Below, piece by piece: positions 5,142 through 13,543 of a DNA stretch of 18,053 nt. Within the stretch, counting starts at the first letter, position 1. Every line of letters starts with the position of its first letter. A program made the position numbers and the translations under genes. The DNA is from a virus: IMG/VR virus record IMGVR_UViG_3300045816_000022. The stretch is one strand, 5' to 3'. Below the pieces are notes generated by a model. It did no database searches and had not been told where the DNA came from. It worked only from the letters and a program-made list of their open reading frames with translations.

Positions 5142-6080
5142 ATGCTCCATTTAGTCCCCGATATAGAACCGCATGAATCTTTGCAGGTAGCCGATGTTGT
5201 CTACATGCAAACGATCAAAGGTGATTGGGAAAACGAGATCAAGAAATGGCTCGATTATCTTGCAGCGGCTGGACGCGCAGATTCCACGATGCGGTCACGG
5301 CGGGAACACGTCTCATGGCTTGCACGAGACTTCTGCACATCGAAGCGACCGTTCGAGGTCACGCTCGATGATCTGATGCAATGGGCTGCTGGCTTTACCT
5401 GGGTGATGGAGACCCGGCGCGGGGTCCGCACGAGCGTGCGGCAGTTCTACGCGTGGGCCGTCGATACCGGCCGGGTTGAGGAATCCCCGGCCGAGAAATG
5501 GCCCAAAGTGCCCAGTGTCATTCCCCAGCCTCGGCCCGCCTCGGAACGCGACTATGAGCACGCTCTATCCAAAGCCCGCAAACACCGTGATCGGGTCATG
5601 GTGCGCCTCGCGTGTGAGGCCGGGCTGCGGCGCGCTGAGGTCGCCAGCGTTCACGCGAACGATCTGTTCGAGGACTTAGACGGCTGGATGCTGTGGGTCC
5701 ACGGTAAGGGCGGCACGCTCCAAACGGTGCCACTCACGGACTCTGTGGCGCGTGATCTGATCAATCAGATCAAGCGTGAGAATGACGGGCAGTTGGCTGG
5801 GTGGGCGTTCCCCGGCGAGTGGGGCGACACGGGCCACATGTCGCCCCAGTGGGTCGGTAAGATCGTGGCGCGGCTGCTGCCTGGTGCGGCGACCATGCAC
5901 CAGTTGAGGCACAAGTTCGGCACGGACGTGCACGCTGAGACGGGCGACCTACTCACCACCCAGCAACTCTTACGCCACGCCACGGTTGCTACCACGCAAC
6001 GCTATGTGCGGGTTCCGGCGGAGCGTGCGCGGGCTGCGGTCAAGAACGTCTACGAGGACCGGCTACGGCGTACTGCGTAA
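5142..6080 (+). CDS. int: Tyrosine integrase (XerC/D-like, 312 aa)
   Basis: Catalytic signature visible: AGLRRAEV (Arg), HGKGG (Lys), MHQLRHKF (His-x-x-Arg), LLRHATVATTQRYV (His and Tyr). It starts 7 nt after the repressor stop. Confidence 0.9.
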   Translation: MLHLVPDIEPHESLQVADVVYMQTIKGDWENEIKKWLDYLAAAGRADSTMRSRREHVSWLARDFCTSKRPFEVTLDDLMQWAAGFTWVMETRRGVRTSVRQFYAWAVDTGRVEESPAEKWPKVPSVIPQPRPASERDYEHALSKARKHRDRVMVRLACEAGLRRAEVASVHANDLFEDLDGWMLWVHGKGGTLQTVPLTDSVARDLINQIKRENDGQLAGWAFPGEWGDTGHMSPQWVGKIVARLLPGAATMHQLRHKFGTDVHAETGDLLTTQQLLRHATVATTQRYVRVPAERARAAVKNVYEDRLRRTA

Positions 6081-6086
6081 CCACGT

Positions 6087-6118
6087 ATAGCCCCACACCA
6101 TCGAGGGTGTGGGGCTAT
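6087..6118. terminator. Bidirectional stem-loop between convergent int and lysis genes
   Basis: Perfect 13-bp stem ATAGCCCCACACC / GGTGTGGGGCTAT with a 6-nt loop. It sits in the 51-bp gap between the int stop (6080) and the stop of the last minus-strand gene (6132). Confidence 0.65.
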
Positions 6119-6131
6119 CGTGTGCGGGTGG

Positions 6132-6347
6132 TTACTGGATGACGATCACCACGCCGATCAGGGCGGTGATCACCGCGCCGATCACGATCCTCATGGCCCA
6201 GGTCTGCCATGATTCGAGTTCAGCCACGCGGCGGTCAAGGTCGTTGACAGTGGGCATCTTCTCCACCACGTCATCGAGCTTTGTTTCGATCCGCTCCAAG
6301 CGCTTGCCTAGGCTGAGATAACCCTCTCCCACCGGTGGGGTGGTCAC
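6132..6347 (-). CDS. Small membrane protein (71 aa) with coiled-coil region and C-terminal TM anchor; lysis-cassette associated
   Basis: I trimmed the start to GTG 6347, which overlaps the holin stop as GTGA. The C-terminus WAMRIVIGAVITALIGVVIVIQ is a clear TM segment. An internal ATG (MPTVNDL...) is an alternative start. Confidence 0.5.
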   Translation of the reverse strand: MTTPPVGEGYLSLGKRLERIETKLDDVVEKMPTVNDLDRRVAELESWQTWAMRIVIGAVITALIGVVIVIQ

Positions 6348-6517
6348 GAGGTGGCCTCGGAGTCCTCGGGGGTCAGGTTCAGCAGCGCCAGCACGAGCGG
6401 CAGCACGAGCGGCAGGGCGGCTGGGTCCATCCATCCCAGATACACCGCCAAGGGCGCAAACGCCAGGGCGACGCTGTACACGTACTTGCGGGTAGACCGC
6501 GTGAAAGTGTTCTTCAT
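6344..6517 (-). CDS. Putative holin (57 aa, two hydrophobic segments; resembles r1t-type holins)
   Basis: I trimmed the track ORF 6344..6706 to ATG 6517, which is preceded by AAGGAG. The hydrophobic segments are YVYSVALAFAPLAVYLGW and AALPLVLPLVLALLNL, followed by an acidic tail. It lies directly downstream of the endolysin. Confidence 0.55.
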   Translation of the reverse strand: MKNTFTRSTRKYVYSVALAFAPLAVYLGWMDPAALPLVLPLVLALLNLTPEDSEATS

Positions 6518-6525
6518 GCTTCTCC

Positions 6526-7338
6526 TTAGTTGAACAGGTCTGTACGCACAGACACGTTGGTGATCGCCGCGCCAGGCGCGTCGGTCCACACTTGCCAGCG
6601 CAGGCGGCGACCCTGGGCCAGGGTGCCCTTCTGCGACTGTGAGATGAACGTCTGCCCGGACGTTCCCCGGTGTTCGGTGATCGGGTAGCGGGTCACGATA
6701 GCCCATGACCCGTCTTTGACCTTCTCCACCAGGACGGCGCGGGCCTGCAACGTGAACTCTTGTGGAAGATCCACGGCGGTGATCTGTAGATCGCTGTCGA
6801 ACAGGCCCGGATCGCGCAGAACGGACACGTCGCCCTTATCGTTCATGCGTAGGTATTTCCACTCGCGCTGCGGGAGTTTCTGGGTGGGGGTCTTGTCTAG
6901 CCGGTTGATGCGTTTCACGTGCTCGGGTTCCTTTACTTGAGATGGTGCTGGCGTGGTGGTGAGTGGCCAGTCGCGTTCGGACGCTGCGGCGGTGGCGGTG
7001 TGCTTGATCGAGATGTGAATGTGGCTGGTGTGCGGGTTCAGGCCGGTGTAGGTGCGCCACCCTGCGCCTGGTGTCCAGATACGCCGCTCGAAGATCACGT
7101 AGGCGGTGCGGTCATCAGACATGACAGCGGCCAGGAGCCGGTCAACCTCGATTCCGTCCTTGTCCACGTCGATAGCCCGGACCACACCCCCGGCGCTGTA
7201 GTCCGGGTTGTGATCCGATTTGACGGCCTGGTGACGGGTGTCGCCTATCCACCCGTCTGAGGTCGTGTCGCGCTGCGGCCATTCCTGGTTGATCTGTTCG
7301 CGTAGGCGTACGAGGGATGGGGCGAGATGGTAGGACAT
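6526..7338 (-). CDS. Putative endolysin (270 aa): N-terminal zinc-peptidase-like domain plus unknown C-terminal domain
   Basis: I trimmed the start to ATG 7338 (MSYHLAPS...), which is preceded by AAAGGAA. The motifs DTRHQAVKSDHNPD and NPHTSHIHISI resemble the H..D / HxH ligands of LAS/M15-type peptidoglycan peptidases. It sits between the tail genes and the holin. Confidence 0.6.
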   Translation of the reverse strand: MSYHLAPSLVRLREQINQEWPQRDTTSDGWIGDTRHQAVKSDHNPDYSAGGVVRAIDVDKDGIEVDRLLAAVMSDDRTAYVIFERRIWTPGAGWRTYTGLNPHTSHIHISIKHTATAAASERDWPLTTTPAPSQVKEPEHVKRINRLDKTPTQKLPQREWKYLRMNDKGDVSVLRDPGLFDSDLQITAVDLPQEFTLQARAVLVEKVKDGSWAIVTRYPITEHRGTSGQTFISQSQKGTLAQGRRLRWQVWTDAPGAAITNVSVRTDLFN

Positions 7339-7357
7339 GAGATTCCTTTTCAGTTGA

Positions 7358-7777
7358 CTAGCCCAGGAGCCAGACCTGGGAGATGCTGCACCATGCGGAG
7401 CCGCTGGCGGAAACTGCAATCTGGACTTGACCACCAGTGGTGATGATTTGGCGGTGGTTAACGGCCATGGCTTGGCCGGTAGTGGCCCGGTACAGCCATT
7501 CAGCAGGCACGAACTCGGGTGGGATGATCACCACTGTGGTGTTGTTGGTGGGAAGTGTCCCGGCTTTCGGTTTGACCAAACCGCGCAACTCCACAGTCAT
7601 CCCCGTACGCCTGATTCGCGGAGTACCGGACCCTTGAGGCTCGAAATCGGCTTCATATGTGAGCGGAACCCAGTCCGTGTCTAGCGGGTCACCAGCAGCA
7701 GGTACGTCAGGGGTGATGGTGTTGAGGTTGGCGGCGGTCACGATTTGACCGTCCACAAAGATGGTGAGTTTAGCCAT
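7358..7777 (-). CDS. Minor tail protein / candidate receptor-binding protein (139 aa)
   Basis: Last structural gene, overlapping the preceding tail gene by 8 nt. The sequence looks beta-rich. Assignment is positional. Confidence 0.45.
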   Translation of the reverse strand: MAKLTIFVDGQIVTAANLNTITPDVPAAGDPLDTDWVPLTYEADFEPQGSGTPRIRRTGMTVELRGLVKPKAGTLPTNNTTVVIIPPEFVPAEWLYRATTGQAMAVNHRQIITTGGQVQIAVSASGSAWCSISQVWLLG

Positions 7778-9803
7778 GAGGGATGCTCCAAAGGGTCAGG
7801 GTCAGCAGATCGCGTGGCGTGCGGCCACGGCGCGGGGTGGACCGGCGCTGCATACCGGTAATCACGCACGGATAGGTCACCCCGGCGCGGGTCACGTTCA
7901 CCTGGTCGTTAAGGTCGAGCCGTCCTGATGCCTCAAAGAACTCGGACGCGTCAAACGTCAGGGAGCGCGGTGTCATGCGCGGGTACGCCTGGGCGGTCAG
8001 GATCGTGGACGCGAGGGAACGTAGTTGGCCTTCATAGCCCGGCCCGGTATACAGGCAGGTGTCCACACTGGTGGCGTACTGGCCGTAGGTGGCCTGCGAG
8101 GTCTGATCGGTGAACGAGCGCGTGTAGTCATCCGCATACCAGCCGCCCTGGTCCGCGTCGTACTTGCGGCCATGCTGAGAGATGGTGAGCGCGTTGACCA
8201 GGGCCGTGTCATCGAACGCCATATCAAGATCGCTGTAGCACACGTGGTATCGGTCGCTCGTGTGTACGTCGGAGAACTCATAGGGCATCAATCGCGGGCC
8301 GTCTTGGAAGCGCAGGGCGTAGTCTTTGGTGGCGTGCCAGAGCATCTGCCCGCTGTCACACGCCAGGGCGAAATGGTTGGCCAGGTTCGATTCGTAGACC
8401 ACATCGGTCAGCACGTCGCCGGACTCGGCGCCAGCCACGAGCAGGCGGGCCACATACAGGTCTGCAACCGGGCCACTACCCACAGAGACAAATGTGTGGG
8501 CGGAGCGGTTGGCGATAGTGAGCGTGTGCGATGTTGAGGTAGCCGTGAACGTGGCGGTTAGGGTCCGCACAGCCGCGGGGCTACTTTCCAGCGGGTCTCG
8601 AAGGATGATCGAACTGACCTCGGTGGAGTCGATGCGGGCGGCATACTCGGTGACGATGCCAGATAGCAGTTGCAGGGTGATAGCGACCTGGTAGGGCTGA
8701 TCCGGTACGAGGCCGGTCAATGTGTGGCGTACCCCGAACGCCTGAGCGGGCAGAGTGGCGGGCGGGGTGTTCAGCGAGTGTGCAGTGATCCGCACCTGGT
8801 CGCCGTCTTGGGCGCGGTCTACCCGATATCCGCTCACACCAGTGGGCGTGGCGGGGATGACCTTACCCAGGAGGTCAGGTACTGGCTCACCTAAGTGGAT
8901 ACCGCACGCGGTGGGATCGAGGCCGATGGATTCGAGCAGCGTGACCAGGCGGGCGTTGAGCGACTGGGTGCCAGACGGGTTGCCGGAGACCACGCCGTAG
9001 CGCATTTGTGCGGCAAGCGCGCTCATACGGTCATGCGCCGTGACCACGGTGGTGTATTTGCCGTCCTCGACCGATGGGGTGATCTGCGGCAGTTTCAGTA
9101 CACCTGTGAAGATGGTTTCACGCGTGGGCGTGCCTACGGGCACCCAGCGCACAGCCGCAAAGGTCAGCGTTCCAGATCGGGAGCGCTGAGGGTCAAACAG
9201 CACAGAACCCTGCTCGATGAACGGCGGGCGATACCAGGTAAGGTCCTCGGCCACAGTTTCGTTTCCGTTGACCGTGCGCACCGTGATCGGGTCACCAGTG
9301 TTACGCAGTTGCACCTCAACGATGGAGCCTGCGGGGATACCCATCTCGCTCGTGTTGAACCAGGCCGGGTTGAACACGCCGGTCCCAGGCGGGTCCGTAT
9401 ACCAGGTACTGACCATGCCCTGTGAGGTGTATGAGGTGGAGGCGTGGAAGAAATGCCCGTTACCGTTCGTGATCCAGAACGGTCGATCACCTGGTGCCAG
9501 GTCGGATACGTGTATCTCATTCCAGTCGGTCACCGCGTCCTGGGTGACGCGCACCATGCGCCCCGGCATCAGGGCCGGATCGGTCACCGGCGAGGGCGCA
9601 CGCGTGGTGAGAGTGAGCACCCCTGGACCCAGACGGGTCGAGGCCGGGTCACGATCCCCACCCCGGGTGATCGTGATCGCCGTGCCGTCACACGTGTAAT
9701 CCGTCCACGCCTGCGCGCCGTCCAGAGCGGTCAGGGTGTGCGGCAACTGGGTGCGTCCCAGCACGAACGCGCCTTGAGTGGGTGCAAGGATTTCGAGCTT
9801 CAT
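7770..9803 (-). CDS. Large minor tail protein (677 aa), distal-tail/tail-tip component
   Basis: Its ATG overlaps the tape measure stop as ATGA. It occupies the position of Dit/Tal genes in siphoviruses. Confidence 0.65.
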   Translation of the reverse strand: MKLEILAPTQGAFVLGRTQLPHTLTALDGAQAWTDYTCDGTAITITRGGDRDPASTRLGPGVLTLTTRAPSPVTDPALMPGRMVRVTQDAVTDWNEIHVSDLAPGDRPFWITNGNGHFFHASTSYTSQGMVSTWYTDPPGTGVFNPAWFNTSEMGIPAGSIVEVQLRNTGDPITVRTVNGNETVAEDLTWYRPPFIEQGSVLFDPQRSRSGTLTFAAVRWVPVGTPTRETIFTGVLKLPQITPSVEDGKYTTVVTAHDRMSALAAQMRYGVVSGNPSGTQSLNARLVTLLESIGLDPTACGIHLGEPVPDLLGKVIPATPTGVSGYRVDRAQDGDQVRITAHSLNTPPATLPAQAFGVRHTLTGLVPDQPYQVAITLQLLSGIVTEYAARIDSTEVSSIILRDPLESSPAAVRTLTATFTATSTSHTLTIANRSAHTFVSVGSGPVADLYVARLLVAGAESGDVLTDVVYESNLANHFALACDSGQMLWHATKDYALRFQDGPRLMPYEFSDVHTSDRYHVCYSDLDMAFDDTALVNALTISQHGRKYDADQGGWYADDYTRSFTDQTSQATYGQYATSVDTCLYTGPGYEGQLRSLASTILTAQAYPRMTPRSLTFDASEFFEASGRLDLNDQVNVTRAGVTYPCVITGMQRRSTPRRGRTPRDLLTLTLWSIPHG

Positions 9804-12712
9804 ACCCGCCCCCCAGCACGCTCGAACTTCTTGATGGACTCGACCACCTTGCGGCCTACTTCCTCGGTCGCTGTCAACGCGTTCACGGTGATCTCATAGG
9901 TCACCGATCCGGCGGTGTGGGGTTGTGCCCCGTTGGGCAGGGTGGGAGATAGCGAGGGGTTGTAGCCGTCTGTGACCAGACCGGTAACCTTTTTCATGGA
10001 CTTGGTTACCCGTGAGGCTTCATCAGTCAAGCCGATCGCCAAGCCCTCGGTGGTGAACCGCCCAAACCGGCGAAACAGTTTGGATGGGGACGCGATGCCC
10101 AGTTCCTTTTTGACCCACTTCGCCAGGGTCTTCGCCAGGTCTTTAGCAGCCTTCTCGGTCTTCTTCGCAGATGCTTTGAGCCCATCCACCAGCCCTTGGG
10201 CAGCGTCCACACCCACGGAGAACATCGAGTTCGAGACGGTCTTACCCACCGAGAGGGAGGACTTCTCGATAGAGGCCCAGTCCGCCTTGATCGCCGCGTT
10301 CGCTGCGGTTGATCCCTTGCCCTTGGCCAGCAGAGCGTTGGCCACCTCGATACCCTCATCCCAGCCCAGCCCGGCCACATGCTGCACCAAGGAATCAGGC
10401 CAGCCTTTAGCCACCAGGTCTTTCATGCGAGCGGCAAAGGTCTTGGCTTTCTTCGCCAGACCGGAGACGTAGGAGGCTACATCTTTCTTGGTTGTCTTGC
10501 CCTTGGCTATGTTGCCGTCTTCGTCTTTGGCCACCACCGATCCCAGGTTGACCGCACCGCTCAAACTCGAGGCGATTTGATCGCGCATGGAGCGGCGGGC
10601 ATCAAGCAGAGCCTTGAGTTCGTCCTTGGCTTTGGCCAGTTTCTTGACCGTGGCATCATGTGATTTCCACAGTGCGTCGAGGTCGCGTCCCTGGGCGCGC
10701 ACGTACTCCACCAAAGCGCTCTTGCCTTGGAGGTGCTTAGCGTCCGTGATCTTGTTGGCTATCTTGGTGATCGCCACGCCAGCACGCTCACGGTTCTTAT
10801 CCAGACCCGATACGAGACCCTGCACGATGTTCGCGCCGAAACCTTCGAACACCTTGGACGGGGAGTGGATACCCAGGATCGACTTGAACTTGTTCTTGAT
10901 ACCAGAGCCGATAGCAGAGAGCGCTTCACCAGGCGCAGACGCGAGAGACTTGAGGCCACCCACCAGGCCGCGAATGATGTTCTTCCCGATCTCACCCATA
11001 CCACTGGCGAGGTTCTTGAACGTGTTACGGATACCGTCGGTCATGGACGTGACGATCTGTTTGATGCCGTCCCAGGCACCCTTCCAGTCGCCCTTCATGA
11101 TCGAGGTGACGGTTTTGATGATCCCCTGGATCACACCCAGCGCGGTCTTGATCACGTTCTTGATCTGGTTCCAGATCGTTTTAATGACCACGCCCATGTT
11201 TTTGAACACGGTCCCCACGCTCGATCCCATGACCGAGAACAGACGTTTAATGTAGTTGATCAGCGGCGGGCCTACCGCGTCCCACAACGCTTTCATGCGC
11301 GGCCACATCACGTCCCAGTAGGCTTTCAACTCTTTGAGGACGGGCTGGATAGCGCGCATAGCGCCCTGGAACGTGGACTTAATCCCGCTCCATATACGGT
11401 CCCAGGTGCGCTTGCCGGTCTCGGTCTTGGTAAAAAACCACACCAGGCCAGCGGTCAGTGCGGCCACCGCTGCAATCACCAGGCCGATAGGGTTGAGGGC
11501 CATCGCGGCGTTGAGGGCCACTTGGGCGGCTTTGGCTGCGACGACAGCGGCCTTCCAGATCGCCATGACTTTGATGTAGGCGTTGTACCCGGCCACAGCG
11601 GACGCAATCACGGTGACCAGGGGCACGAGCCAGTCATGGTTGTTTTTGATCCACTGCGCTGTGGTCTGTAGGGCAGCGTAAGCGGCTTGCAGGGTGGCAA
11701 TGAACGCGGCCAGGACGGTTTGGCCTATCTCGGTGAGTTTCGCGCCCAACTCTTCGAGGGTGGCCCGGTTCGACACGATCCACGCGCCGAGTTCTTTGAG
11801 GGCGGGCACCACTGTTGTGGTGATCCACGTGCCCAGGTTTTGCAGGGCGGGGATCACGGTCCCTTCGACCCAGCGGCCAAAGGTTTGACCGAGTTTTTCG
11901 GCCAGTGGTGCAATCTTGTCCAGCAGCCCGGTGATCCCGGTGAAGCCCTTTTTGAAGTAGGGGAATACGCCCTTGAGGAACGCTTCACCACCACGGCTGA
12001 GCGCGGCCAGCATGTTGTTCCACGCTCCACGAGTGGTGTTACCCATCGCTTCGGCGGCGTTGCCCACGGTGCCTTCGAGAACGCTGGCGAAGTCCTCGGC
12101 GGAGACTTTACCGCCTGAGACCATCTTGCGTAGCTCGGTGCCGTTGACCTTGTAGTGCTCGGCGAGTTTCGTCCAGATCGGGATACCACGATCGGCTATC
12201 TGGTTCAGTTCAGTGGTCGAGACCTTCCCAGCGGTCCAGACCTTGTTGAGGATCGACCCCATCTCATTCAGGCCAACCTTGGCCAGGGCTGCGGTGTTCG
12301 CGGTCAGTTTCAGGGTGCGGGTCAGTTTCTCCCCCGGCTTGATCCCCGCCGCCACCGCTGTCGAGGCGATAGTGGCCGCATCGCCTAGACCGAACGCGGT
12401 GCCCTTCACCGATTCCAGGGCTGAGCCCATGATCTTGTCGATGGATTTCGTGGAGTGGCCCAGACCTTCGAGGGAAGCGCGGGCGTCCTCGATCTTCATG
12501 GCACGGTCAAAGCCACCCTTGATCGCCACGGCAGCGATAGCCACGGCAAGACCGGCAGCAGCGCCGGTGGCTTTCTTGAGAAAGCCACCGACCTTTTTCA
12601 CGCCGTTGCCGACCTTGGACAGGCCGGTTTCGGTGGACAGGTTTTTCATGGACTTGGCGAAGTTCTTGGTGTCTGCCAGCACCGCGATAGTGATCGCGTG
12701 TTTGTTCGCCAT
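9800..12712 (-). CDS. Tail tape measure protein (970 aa)
   Basis: Largest ORF in the window. It is Ala/Gly/Lys-rich and helical, with a central hydrophobic block (aa ~360-427). The N-terminal region looks like the TP901-type TMP core. It follows the chaperone gene. Confidence 0.9.
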   Translation of the reverse strand: MANKHAITIAVLADTKNFAKSMKNLSTETGLSKVGNGVKKVGGFLKKATGAAAGLAVAIAAVAIKGGFDRAMKIEDARASLEGLGHSTKSIDKIMGSALESVKGTAFGLGDAATIASTAVAAGIKPGEKLTRTLKLTANTAALAKVGLNEMGSILNKVWTAGKVSTTELNQIADRGIPIWTKLAEHYKVNGTELRKMVSGGKVSAEDFASVLEGTVGNAAEAMGNTTRGAWNNMLAALSRGGEAFLKGVFPYFKKGFTGITGLLDKIAPLAEKLGQTFGRWVEGTVIPALQNLGTWITTTVVPALKELGAWIVSNRATLEELGAKLTEIGQTVLAAFIATLQAAYAALQTTAQWIKNNHDWLVPLVTVIASAVAGYNAYIKVMAIWKAAVVAAKAAQVALNAAMALNPIGLVIAAVAALTAGLVWFFTKTETGKRTWDRIWSGIKSTFQGAMRAIQPVLKELKAYWDVMWPRMKALWDAVGPPLINYIKRLFSVMGSSVGTVFKNMGVVIKTIWNQIKNVIKTALGVIQGIIKTVTSIMKGDWKGAWDGIKQIVTSMTDGIRNTFKNLASGMGEIGKNIIRGLVGGLKSLASAPGEALSAIGSGIKNKFKSILGIHSPSKVFEGFGANIVQGLVSGLDKNRERAGVAITKIANKITDAKHLQGKSALVEYVRAQGRDLDALWKSHDATVKKLAKAKDELKALLDARRSMRDQIASSLSGAVNLGSVVAKDEDGNIAKGKTTKKDVASYVSGLAKKAKTFAARMKDLVAKGWPDSLVQHVAGLGWDEGIEVANALLAKGKGSTAANAAIKADWASIEKSSLSVGKTVSNSMFSVGVDAAQGLVDGLKASAKKTEKAAKDLAKTLAKWVKKELGIASPSKLFRRFGRFTTEGLAIGLTDEASRVTKSMKKVTGLVTDGYNPSLSPTLPNGAQPHTAGSVTYEITVNALTATEEVGRKVVESIKKFERAGGRV

Positions 12713-12714
12713 GG

Positions 12715-12879
12715 TTAGTCCTGTTCGAGGGTGTCTAGGAGTTCGTCAAAAACCTGGTAATCGGCAATCGTTAGTCGATTGAAGTCGCGCCAGGAGATAG
12801 GTCCACCGGATCGGTTGACTCTGATCCAGCGGGCAACGGCGGCTGTGGATATGTGGGAATCTGATCCAGTGCTTTTGGG
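12715..12879 (-). CDS. Candidate -1 frameshift extension of the tail assembly chaperone (GT-like product, about 143 aa)
   Basis: Slippery heptamer C_CCA_AAA lies in the zero frame (12879-12873). The -1 frame is open for 52 further codons (STGSDSH...VFDELLDTLEQD) and stops at TAA 12717-12715, 2 nt before the tape measure ATG. Confidence 0.45.
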   Translation of the reverse strand, partial: PKSTGSDSHISTAAVARWIRVNRSGGPISWRDFNRLTIADYQVFDELLDTLEQD

Positions 12880-13145
12880 TCTTCCTCATCGGATTCCTCG
12901 GCCTCGTCGTTGTCGAGGTGGGTTTCCATGAGGTTTTGCGCGTCTTCCAGGGTCAAGCCGAGTGCTTCGTTCCAGGTGAACCGGGAGTTCACGAACCGCT
13001 TGGTCAAGATGTAGGCCAGTGCGGCCATTTGCGCGGAGGTGAACGAATCCCCGATGTTGCCCAGGTCAAAGCCGCCCTGCTTTTCCAGGACGGACAGTTC
13101 ACCCAGGGTGAGTTGTGAGAACTTGATCTTCTGAGGCTGTGTCAT
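12771..13145 (-). CDS. Tail assembly chaperone (G-like, 124 aa)
   Basis: A small protein with a strongly acidic C-terminal half (DNDEAEESDEEDP), directly upstream of the tape measure gene. Its ATG overlaps the upstream gene stop as ATGA. Confidence 0.65.
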   Translation of the reverse strand: MTQPQKIKFSQLTLGELSVLEKQGGFDLGNIGDSFTSAQMAALAYILTKRFVNSRFTWNEALGLTLEDAQNLMETHLDNDEAEESDEEDPKALDQIPTYPQPPLPAGSESTDPVDLSPGATSID

Positions 13146-13543
13146 GTCAGTTTTTCCTTGTCAAGAATGTCGATCAGGGCCGCTTCGAACTCGCGCAGGA
13201 TGCGGGGCATCTGCTCGGCGCGGGCTTGGTCGAGGAACGGGTTTGCAGGGATGTTGCGGGCAGGCCACCCGTAGTGGATGACCCCCGCATAGGGGACGGA
13301 CGCGTATCCGGCCCGTACCACGGCTTTGGTTTTGGTCTTCGATGCACGGATCGTGCCCGCCAGAGCGCCGGAGCGTGTGGGTGGGCGGGCCGCGTGGACC
13401 ACGATCATGCCGAGTGAGTGCATGACTTCCTTCATGTCCTCGGCAGCAGCGCCAGCACGCGACATGGCGCGTAGGGTGTCGCGCAGGCCGGTGACGCGGA
13501 CTTGTACCCCGTCACCGGCTGCGAGAGTGAACGCGTCAGACAT
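13142..13543 (-). CDS. HK97 gp10-family head-tail joining / neck protein (133 aa)
   Basis: I trimmed the start to ATG 13543 (MSDAFTL...), which overlaps the upstream TAA by 1 nt. The segment PTRSGALAGTIRASK...VRAGYASVPYAGVIHYGWP...ANPFLDQA matches my memory of the gp10-family pattern. Confidence 0.55.
   Translation of the reverse strand: MSDAFTLAAGDGVQVRVTGLRDTLRAMSRAGAAAEDMKEVMHSLGMIVVHAARPPTRSGALAGTIRASKTKTKAVVRAGYASVPYAGVIHYGWPARNIPANPFLDQARAEQMPRILREFEAALIDILDKEKLT

Noticed and set aside
6050-6080. An ssrA-like degradation tag on the integrase C-terminus, as reported for integration-dependent-immunity mycobacteriophages.
   Set aside because: The integrase ends ...EDRLRRTA, which does not resemble an LAA/VAA-type tag. 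I therefore make no claim of Int proteolytic control.
6081-6131. attP located in the gap downstream of int.
   Set aside because: That gap is almost entirely a perfect 13-bp terminator hairpin and has no tRNA-like or other recognisable core. The tRNA fragment at 5064-5098 is the better candidate. Only junction mapping can settle this.
6344-7434. The longest-ORF starts given by the track for the holin (6706), endolysin (7434), capsid fusion (16333), 3835-4209 and 1622-1933.
   Set aside because: The extended N-termini overlap the preceding genes extensively and lack ribosome-binding sites. Internal ATGs with AAGGAG-type Shine-Dalgarno sequences, or with ATGA coupling, give clean non-overlapping genes.
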